64,000 bases of DNA from a virus. A model generated the notes under the pieces. The model made no database searches, was not told the origin of the DNA, and saw only the letters and a list, made by a program, of their open reading frames with translations. The position numbers and the translations under genes are program-made. Location: IMG/VR virus record IMGVR_UViG_3300040751_001853; one strand, given 5' to 3'. Positions 57,732-64,000 of the stretch are shown here, piece after piece (within the stretch, counting starts at the first letter, position 1; every line of letters starts with the position of its first letter).

Positions 57732-59876
57732 GTGTATATTATGAATAAAAACACTATGACAAATAAATCACAACTTGCAAAACTACTTGCTACAGAAAAT
57801 ATTGAAGTACAAGAAAACAAAGTACAAACTGCTTCGTTTGATGTAGTCAATAGAATATTAACAATCCCTATCTTTAAAGAAGAACAAAAATCTAAACATG
57901 TTTATGACATGTTGGTTGGCCATGAGGTATCTCATGCTTTACATACTCCTGCTGAGTCATGGAAAGATATGGCAAATAGAACTAAAGAATTTAAATCATT
58001 TGTAAACGTTATTGAAGACGCTAGAATTGATAAACTTATACAGAAAAAATATCCTGGTCTTACTGATGACTACATCAAAGGTTTTGATAAAATGTATAAA
58101 GATAATTTCTTTGGCACTAAAGGTAAAAACATACAAACTGATTATACACTAATCGACAAGATCAATTTATACTACAAATCATCTAAAAAACTTAACTTTA
58201 AATTTTCTAATAAAGAAAAAATGTTAGTTGACGCTGTTGATAAATGTAAAACGTTTGATGATGTTTTAAAACTATCTGAGGAAATACTTGGGTATTGTAA
58301 AGATGAATTGAAAAAACAACCGCAATTACAAAAAATTTATACACCATCTAATGAAAAAAATGAAGATACTGATTCTAATACAGAATCAAATGATAGTAAA
58401 TCTATAGATGAAAAATTAGAAGAATGGTTAGAAAAAAAATCAGAGTCAGATAAATCAGATGATGAGGCAAACAAAAAAGACTCTAAACAAACTGGCAGTA
58501 ATGGTGCAGGTACAACTGATAATACACCAAGTGAGTTAACACCTCTTACTGCTGAGATGTATGAAACATCGGTTAAAGGCATTACTGATGATACTGCTCA
58601 TAATAGATGTTATGCTGAACTACCAAAAGTTAATCTTAAAAAATTGATTATTCCTTATAAAAAATTTATTAGAGATATTGCGATTTATGATAAATCATAT
58701 AACAATACAGAACATGATAAACAACAAATCAACAAGGCAAAGATTAGAACTCAAAAATTTATGAAAGAGTCTTCTAATGTTGTTAACTTTTTAGTTAAAG
58801 AATTTGAGATGAAAAAAAATGCTAAGTTATATGCTCGGGCTTCACAAGATAAAACAGGTATTGTTGATCCACTTAAATTACACACTTATAAATTTGCTGA
58901 AGATATATTTAAAAAGATGACTACTGTACCTAATCAAAAAAATCACGGTATGATTTTACTACTTGATTGGTCTGGTTCAATGCAAAAACACATTTTACCT
59001 ACAGTTGAACAACTATTAAATTTATCTTTATTTTGTAAAAAAATTAATATACCTTTTTCAGTTTATGCGTTTATGAATAACTGTAGAGATTCAAAAAGTG
59101 ATTATTTAGAGTCTGGTTTTACTGTTAATAGTAAAACAATATTACCTGACGCTTCAACTAAATTGGTTCAACTGTTTTCACATAAACAATCTAAAGTTGA
59201 TTATATGAGATGTGCTACTATATTGCATAGGGCTGCAATGTACTTTGGTGATTATTATACTTCCAGACGTTACGATCCATCGGCTGAAGATCAAACTGTT
59301 CCTGCAATTTCAGGTGACTATTATTTATCCTCAACACCACTTAATGAGTCATTGATTGGTATGGATCATATTATCAAAAAATTCAAAAAAGACTATAATG
59401 TTGAAAAGTTGTCACTTGTTACTTTAACTGACGGTGCTGCTAATAGTATTAATAGACATGGTAATGGTGAGTTATATATTAAACTGAATGGTAAATATCA
59501 AATGGCAGGTAGTTACTATATGGAACGTAGAGATTTCACTAGTGTTATGTTAAAATATTTAAAAAAGAAATATGATTTACAAACTATTGGTTTCTATCTA
59601 GTTTCAAAATATAGAGAATTACAATATCAGTTAAGAGTACCTTACAATAAAGAGATGTTGGCTAAAAAAATGTTTACTAAAGACAAATTTATCGCTGATT
59701 ATAATACTGCTTATGATGTTTACTTTTATGTTAACTCTGGCACTAGAGTTGCTAATCAAGTATTCGAATCAGATTCAACTGATAAGAGAACTTTAAAAAA
59801 GATGTTTATGTCGGGAATGAAAAAACGAATCAATTCCAGAGTATTACTACAAAACTTTATCAAAAGGATCGCATAA
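57732..59876 (+). CDS. HExxH peptidase-like / vWA (CobT-like) protein
   Basis: VGHEVSHAL, VNVIEDARID and LLDWSGSM (MIDAS); start probably 57741 or 57756. Confidence 0.82.
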   Translation: MYIMNKNTMTNKSQLAKLLATENIEVQENKVQTASFDVVNRILTIPIFKEEQKSKHVYDMLVGHEVSHALHTPAESWKDMANRTKEFKSFVNVIEDARIDKLIQKKYPGLTDDYIKGFDKMYKDNFFGTKGKNIQTDYTLIDKINLYYKSSKKLNFKFSNKEKMLVDAVDKCKTFDDVLKLSEEILGYCKDELKKQPQLQKIYTPSNEKNEDTDSNTESNDSKSIDEKLEEWLEKKSESDKSDDEANKKDSKQTGSNGAGTTDNTPSELTPLTAEMYETSVKGITDDTAHNRCYAELPKVNLKKLIIPYKKFIRDIAIYDKSYNNTEHDKQQINKAKIRTQKFMKESSNVVNFLVKEFEMKKNAKLYARASQDKTGIVDPLKLHTYKFAEDIFKKMTTVPNQKNHGMILLLDWSGSMQKHILPTVEQLLNLSLFCKKINIPFSVYAFMNNCRDSKSDYLESGFTVNSKTILPDASTKLVQLFSHKQSKVDYMRCATILHRAAMYFGDYYTSRRYDPSAEDQTVPAISGDYYLSSTPLNESLIGMDHIIKKFKKDYNVEKLSLVTLTDGAANSINRHGNGELYIKLNGKYQMAGSYYMERRDFTSVMLKYLKKKYDLQTIGFYLVSKYRELQYQLRVPYNKEMLAKKMFTKDKFIADYNTAYDVYFYVNSGTRVANQVFESDSTDKRTLKKMFMSGMKKRINSRVLLQNFIKRIA

Positions 59877-59894
59877 ATGAAGGGTTTTTTTCGC

Positions 59895-59923
59895 TTGACT
59901 TTTACCCCAAAAAATGATAGCAT
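59895..59923 (+). promoter_or_regulatory. Sigma70-type early promoter
   Basis: TTGACT-N17-TAGCAT with an extended TG. Confidence 0.72.
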
Positions 59924-59957
59924 ATATGTATAACTTAAATATGAAAGGACTTATATT

Positions 59958-61160
59958 ATGATTGAGTTAAATAAAACACAAAAAACTGTATTGAAAGTAT
60001 TAAAAGATACTTACAAAAAAGATACAGTAACCAGAGCAGAGATTAATGCTCTTGTTAAAAAGAAGGCTATCAAAAATCCTTCTTGGTTAAAATCAGACAA
60101 ATATAAAGTCGGCAGAGGAATCTATACTCTTAATGTTGACTCTGTTGAATCTGATACAACCACAGTTGATACAACTGATACTAAAATATCAAATGATACA
60201 AAGGCTGCTTATATCGTGTCTTCATTGACCGACAATGTAGTTCCTCAAAAGGATACTGACTTTGTTAAGTTTGGTAATTATACAGATATTAGTAGTATTG
60301 TAAAATCTAAAAAATTCTATCCTGTTTTTATCACAGGTCTTTCTGGTAACGGTAAGACACTTGCTGTGACTCAGGCATGTGCCGAGGCAAAACGTGAGAT
60401 GATTAGATGTAACATTACGATTGAAACCGATGAGGATGATTTACTTGGTGGTTACAGACTTAAAGATGGTCAAACCGTATGGCAAAATGGTCCTGTTATT
60501 GAGGCAATGGAAAGAGGTGCTGTTCTTTTACTTGACGAGATTGACCTTGCAAGTAATAAGATTATGTGTTTACAACCTATCCTTGAGGGTTCGGGTGTCT
60601 ATGTTAAAAAGATAAACAAGTTTGTTAAACCTAAACTTGGCTTCAATGTGATTGCAACTGCTAACACTAAAGGTCAAGGTAGTGATGACGGTAAGTTTAT
60701 CGGTACTAATGTTCTTAACGAGGCATTCCTTGAGAGATTTCCTGTTACATTTGAACAAGAATATCCAAGTGCTAAAATTGAAGAAAAAATTGTTAGTACA
60801 AAATTAAAGTCTGCTGGCAAGTCTGATGACAAGTTTGCTCATAATCTAGTGACATGGGCAGATGTGATTAGAAAAACCTACAAAGATGGCGGTGTTGATG
60901 AGATTATAAGTACCAGAAGACTTGTACATATCGCTGAGGCATACGGTATCTTTAAAAATAAGATGAAGGCAATATCCGTATGTACTAATAGATTTGATGA
61001 TGATACGAAAACATCATTTGTTGATCTGTATGGTAAAGTAGATAGTGGTGCTTCAGTAGAAGAAATCCTTGATGCTAAGAAACAGGCTGATGAGGCAGAA
61101 ATTCTACAAGAGAATTCCAATGATAGTGAGGATGACAAAGATGAGGATTTCCAAGTCTAG
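59958..61160 (+). CDS. cobS: MoxR/CobS-like AAA+ ATPase
   Basis: GLSGNGKT, LLLDEID, ATANTKG, FLERF and ISTRRL. Confidence 0.9.
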   Translation: MIELNKTQKTVLKVLKDTYKKDTVTRAEINALVKKKAIKNPSWLKSDKYKVGRGIYTLNVDSVESDTTTVDTTDTKISNDTKAAYIVSSLTDNVVPQKDTDFVKFGNYTDISSIVKSKKFYPVFITGLSGNGKTLAVTQACAEAKREMIRCNITIETDEDDLLGGYRLKDGQTVWQNGPVIEAMERGAVLLLDEIDLASNKIMCLQPILEGSGVYVKKINKFVKPKLGFNVIATANTKGQGSDDGKFIGTNVLNEAFLERFPVTFEQEYPSAKIEEKIVSTKLKSAGKSDDKFAHNLVTWADVIRKTYKDGGVDEIISTRRLVHIAEAYGIFKNKMKAISVCTNRFDDDTKTSFVDLYGKVDSGASVEEILDAKKQADEAEILQENSNDSEDDKDEDFQV

Positions 61161-61188
61161 TCAAAAATCTATCCATAGTGTAAGTCCG

Positions 61189-61220
61189 CTTGTGGGGGTT
61201 GTGCCCCACAAGTTAACTTT
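61189..61220 (+). terminator. GC-rich hairpin, probable terminator
   Basis: CTTGTGGGG (61189-97) / CCCCACAAG (61204-12) followed by TTAACTTT. Confidence 0.6.
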
Positions 61221-61234
61221 AAATAAGGAAAATA

Positions 61235-61564
61235 ATGACAAATTTTAAAGATAATAGTGGTTTAGAAAAATACAAACCAAAAATGTCACAAGAAGAACGT
61301 GATGAAAAAATGAAAAAGTTTTTAGCGAAGGGTGGAAAGATTGAAAAATTAAAACCAGGATACCCTATTAGTGTAGGTAGCTTAGATAAAAGTAAAAAAC
61401 CAAGATATACAAAAGAAGATGTTTCTAAAGGACTTGCTGTTGGCAAAACAGCCAGACCTAATTATGATACATATAAAAAAGGATCATACCACGACTTTGA
61501 TGTTGGTGGTGATAACCCACCTAGGTGGGAAAAACAACCTAAAAATGAGATGGGAGGTAAATAA
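61235..61564 (+). CDS. Hypothetical protein with a SutA-like RNAP-binding motif
   Basis: EERDEKMKKFLAKGGKIEKLKP resembles the SutA core (ERDALAKAMEEFLSRGGKVQEIEP, recalled). Confidence 0.55.
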   Translation: MTNFKDNSGLEKYKPKMSQEERDEKMKKFLAKGGKIEKLKPGYPISVGSLDKSKKPRYTKEDVSKGLAVGKTARPNYDTYKKGSYHDFDVGGDNPPRWEKQPKNEMGGK

Positions 61565-61567
61565 TAG

Positions 61568-61810
61568 ATGTCAATTACAGTTGAAGTAAGAGGTGGCAAT
61601 TTAGAGAAGGCTATGCGTGTACTAAAGAAAAAAGTACAAAGGTCAGGAATTATGCAAAGTATAAAAGATAAAAAATACTTTTCTAAACCATCAGAAATAA
61701 AACGTGAAAAAGCAAAAGAACGTTCTAAAATAATCAGAAAAGCACAAAAGGCTAATGATGAATTGTTAGGATATACTTGGATAAAAGGTGTAAAAATAAA
61801 GAAAATATAA
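61568..61810 (+). CDS. rpsU: Ribosomal protein bS21
   Basis: VEVRGGNLEKAMRVLKKKV...YFSKPSEIKREK. Confidence 0.9.
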   Translation: MSITVEVRGGNLEKAMRVLKKKVQRSGIMQSIKDKKYFSKPSEIKREKAKERSKIIRKAQKANDELLGYTWIKGVKIKKI

Positions 61811-61852
61811 AAATTCTATGCCGTCTGTGTCTGATAAGTATATATATTATTA

Positions 61853-62042
61853 CTACAAGGCGGTTCATAAGACCTTGTAGAGGTATAGATACGTTGGGGT
61901 TGTACGTTGATTAAAAATCTAAAACAACCCATATAAATCGGTGATGTTTGGTAGTTTAACTCCGTGACAAAATGAAACTACCACTTATAGATATTCACTA
62001 GGGAACTGGTAGGGATCCTCAGCCTAGTGAATTTCTATAAGT
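61853..62042 (+). ncRNA. Candidate structured ncRNA with four consecutive hairpins
   Basis: Stems 61853-60/61873-80, 61897-903/61924-30, 61949-57/61975-83, and 61983-62002/62023-42; the strand is assumed. Confidence 0.5.
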
Positions 62043-62045
62043 AGG

Positions 62046-62078
62046 GTTGACAAATAAAATATCGTACTTATATAAATA
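62046..62078 (+). promoter_or_regulatory. Composite promoter for hsp20: RpoH-like or sigma70 plus T4 late
   Basis: GTTG-N17-CTTATAT, TTGACA at 62047 and TATAAATA at 62071-78. Confidence 0.55.
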
Positions 62079-62080
62079 AT

Positions 62081-62145
62081 ATTGAATATGCCAAATGGGT
62101 ATTCGATATAAAGATAACTTTGCTTAAACAAGGAGGTTAATTATG
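62081..62145 (+). promoter_or_regulatory. ROSE-like RNA thermometer in the hsp20 5' UTR
   Basis: UUGCU (62120-24) pairs with SD AGGA (62131-34) with a bulged G inside a 10-bp stem; a second hairpin lies at 62081-62107. Confidence 0.7.
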
Positions 62146-62586
62146 ACTAATAAAGCATTATCTATTTTCAATCAATTAAGACCACTAACCGTAGGATTTG
62201 ATGACACGTTCAGACATTTTGAATCAATGTTTGATCATCAGTTAGATCATATCCAAACTACAGCTTTTCCTTATTACAATATAGTAAAACAGGATAAGAA
62301 TAAGTACGATATTGAAATCGCACTTGCTGGTTATAATAAAAAAGATATAAACATCGACCTTGAGGAGGGTGTTTTATCTATTGAGTCTAAAAAAGACGAA
62401 AAGGAAGATACTAAAGATGGAGAAGTAATCCATAAAGGTATCGCTAAAAGATACTTTAAAAAATCTTTTACAATCGCTGAAGACGTTGAAGTTAAAGGCG
62501 CTGAACTAAAAGACGGCTTGTTAAGGGTGTCTTTAGAGAGAATAGTTCCAGAACATAAAAAGCCTAGAACTATCTCAATCAAATAA
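62143..62586 (+). CDS. hsp20: Small heat shock protein Hsp20 (IbpA-like)
   Basis: FPYYNIVK, IEIALAGY, HKGIAKRYFKKSF and GAELKDGLL. Confidence 0.95.
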   Translation: MTNKALSIFNQLRPLTVGFDDTFRHFESMFDHQLDHIQTTAFPYYNIVKQDKNKYDIEIALAGYNKKDINIDLEEGVLSIESKKDEKEDTKDGEVIHKGIAKRYFKKSFTIAEDVEVKGAELKDGLLRVSLERIVPEHKKPRTISIK

Positions 62587-62594
62587 TAAAACCA

Positions 62595-62627
62595 ATATCT
62601 GGTATGTTTCAAACGCATACCAGATAT
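62595..62627 (+). terminator. 12-bp perfect hairpin after hsp20, overlapping the next late promoter
   Basis: ATATCTGGTATG / CATACCAGATAT; weak U-tract. Confidence 0.55.
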
Positions 62628-62632
62628 AAATA
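62625..62632 (+). promoter_or_regulatory. T4 late promoter TATAAATA driving the riboswitch transcript
   Basis: Exact consensus 6 nt before the aptamer start. Confidence 0.75.
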
Positions 62633-62638
62633 CTTTAT

Positions 62639-62686
62639 ATCGTTCAACTCTTATGAGTCGGAAGTAAGCAAATGCTGAAGGAACGC
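62639..62686 (+). ncRNA. Glutamine riboswitch (glnA RNA motif, glutamine-I class)
   Basis: ATCGTTCA-ACTC ttat GAGT-CGGAAGTA-AGC aaat GCT-GAAGGAACGC. P1 CGTTC/GAACG, P2 and P3 hairpins, and conserved GGAAGUA / GAAG junction match the glnA-motif consensus. Confidence 0.85.
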
Positions 62687-62709
62687 ACCTAACTATAAAC
62701 GGAGGGTGT

Positions 62710-62865
62710 ATGAATTTTAAATGGGATTTAAAAAAAATCTTTACTGAAAGAAGTAGAGAAAATTCTGCTAAAGCTCAATTGAGAAAAAGATCAAAAGACT
62801 CAATCGCAAGACCAAAAGCAGAAAAAAATATCACATCAAAAGATCCAAGATTGCAAAGCATATAG
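62710..62865 (+). CDS. Riboswitch-controlled 51-aa basic peptide (not in ORF track)
   Basis: GGAGG RBS at 62701-05. MNFKWDLKKIFTERSRENSAKAQLRKRSKDSIARPKAEKNITSKDPRLQSI, with 15 K/R vs 6 D/E. Confidence 0.75.
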   Translation: MNFKWDLKKIFTERSRENSAKAQLRKRSKDSIARPKAEKNITSKDPRLQSI

Positions 62866-62869
62866 AGTA

Positions 62870-62898
62870 TTGACAATTTTGACAATATAGTGTAAACT
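62870..62898 (+). promoter_or_regulatory. Sigma70-type promoter for peroxiredoxin
   Basis: TTGACA-N17-TAAACT. Confidence 0.7.
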
Positions 62899-62929
62899 AT
62901 ATGTAAATTATATTATAAGGAGAAATATT

Positions 62930-63454
62930 ATGAAACAAGGTGATAAATTACCAGAAGTAAATTTTAGAGTAAGATCACTTGGTCAATGGACAGAAACAAC
63001 TACTGATACTTACTTTAAAGATAAAAGAGTTATACTGTTTGCTTTACCAGGTGCTTTTACTCCTACATGTTCAACTCAACAATTGCCAGGCTTTGAAAAA
63101 TTAGCTGACGTGTTTAAAGAACACGGCATAGACGACATTTATTGTTTATCAGTAAATGATTCGTTTGTTATGAATGCTTGGGCAGCTGATCAAAAACTTG
63201 AAAATGTAAAAGTTATACCAGATGGAAATGGTGACTTTACGGATCAAGTTGATATGCTTGTAGAAAAAACAATTGCAGGTTTTGGAATGAGATCGTGGAG
63301 ATATGCTGCTATTGTAAACAATGGTACAGTAGAAGCCTTATTTGAAGAACCAGGTAAAGGTGATAATACAACAGGTGATCCTTATAGCGTAAGTGCACCA
63401 GAGAATGTGTTAAAATATTTACAATCATCATCTATTGACTCAAATTCAATTTAG
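62930..63454 (+). CDS. Peroxiredoxin (Prx5-like)
   Basis: LFALPGAFTPTCS, SVNDSFVMNAW and RSWRYA. Confidence 0.92.
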   Translation: MKQGDKLPEVNFRVRSLGQWTETTTDTYFKDKRVILFALPGAFTPTCSTQQLPGFEKLADVFKEHGIDDIYCLSVNDSFVMNAWAADQKLENVKVIPDGNGDFTDQVDMLVEKTIAGFGMRSWRYAAIVNNGTVEALFEEPGKGDNTTGDPYSVSAPENVLKYLQSSSIDSNSI

Positions 63455-63469
63455 TGATATAATAATATT

Positions 63470-63733
63470 ATGAAATACAATGAAGACAAAATATGTAAAG
63501 AGATTGAAAATTATATTAAATCTACATATGGTCAACATTACTCATCTGGTAAAGATGGTATTCAAACTTTAGATTTATTAAAGTCTATTGGTATTAAAAG
63601 TGATTTTTGCCAAGCCAACGCAATTAAATATTTGTCTAGGTATGGTAGAAAAAATGGTTATAATCGTAAAGACTTGTTAAAAGCAATTCATTATGTTATA
63701 CTATTATTAAATAATGATAAGGAGAAGAAATGA
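63470..63733 (+). CDS. DUF3310-like phage protein
   Basis: HYSSG...FCQANAIKYLSRYGRK...DLLKAIHY. Confidence 0.75.
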   Translation: MKYNEDKICKEIENYIKSTYGQHYSSGKDGIQTLDLLKSIGIKSDFCQANAIKYLSRYGRKNGYNRKDLLKAIHYVILLLNNDKEKK

Positions 63734-64000
63734 AAATAAGTGATAATACAATTAGTATTTTGAGAAATTTCTCGGATATTAATGCTAACATTTTGTTTAC
63801 ACCTGGTAAGACATTAAGTACAATGTCAACTATGAAAAACATTATGGCAAAGGCAGACGTTGAGGAACAGTTTGAAACAGAATTTGGTATATATGATTTG
63901 CCAGAATTTTTAAGAGCTGTAGATTCTTTTCAACAACCAGTTTTAAAGTTTAATGGTGCTGCTAATTTAAAAATACAAGATGAGAAATCTACTCTATCAG
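63730..64000 (+). CDS. gp45: Sliding clamp, N-terminal part (truncated by window end; not in ORF track)
   Basis: MKISDNTISILRNFSDINANILF...NIMAKA...FGIYDLPEFL. Confidence 0.9.
   Translation, partial: MKISDNTISILRNFSDINANILFTPGKTLSTMSTMKNIMAKADVEEQFETEFGIYDLPEFLRAVDSFQQPVLKFNGAANLKIQDEKSTLS

Noticed and set aside
61940-61990. tRNA-like reading of the GGTAGTTT...AAACTACC hairpin
   Set aside because: No cloverleaf, no TTC T-loop and no CCA-compatible acceptor stem.
62040-62142. CIRCE operator upstream of hsp20
   Set aside because: TTAGCACTC-N9-GAGTGCTAA is absent.
33944-62618. Short alternative-frame or antisense ORFs within core genes (e.g. 38584-38961, 43513-44058, 57240-57545, 57668-57850, 61219-61446, 62331-62618)
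   Set aside because: They overlap conserved T4 core genes or promoters and have no independent support.
1-64000. Stop-codon reassignment (alternative genetic code)
   Set aside because: The standard code gives dense, full-length core genes with no in-frame stops.

Overview
This is a 64-kb segment of an AT-rich T4-like myovirus (Tevenvirinae-type gene order). It is most consistent with a marine Pelagibacter/alphaproteobacterial myophage of the HTVC008M type; the host is inferred from S21, peptide deformylase, Hsp20, CobS and the alphaproteobacterial-type RNA elements. Layout: (1) 1-11979, a tightly coupled minus-strand enzyme operon with glycosyltransferases, a methyltransferase, a radical SAM-carbamoyltransferase fusion, a nitroreductase, a DegT aminotransferase, two SGNH proteins and duplicated split radical-SAM/SPASM pairs. 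(2) 12037-16703, a divergent plus-strand cluster of five AspH-like 2OG-Fe(II) oxygenases, a fatty acid desaturase, a GNAT-like protein and an orphan. (3) 16730-31213, three modular, repeat-rich tail fibres and accessory tail proteins. (4) 31312-46949, the core morphogenesis block gp13-gp23 and gp3, with a TauD-like insertion. (5) 46992-57630, UvsY, UvsW, gp55, gp47, gp46, peptide deformylase and methyltransferases. (6) 57732-64000, a vWA/CobS pair followed by a host-physiology island before gp45: a SutA-like protein, ribosomal protein S21, a four-hairpin candidate ncRNA, Hsp20 with a ROSE-type thermometer, and a peroxiredoxin. The top finding lies in that island: a glutamine (glnA-motif) riboswitch, placed just after a T4 late promoter, controlling an unannotated 51-aa basic peptide that is missing from the ORF track. 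No tRNA, CRISPR array, intron or intein was seen.
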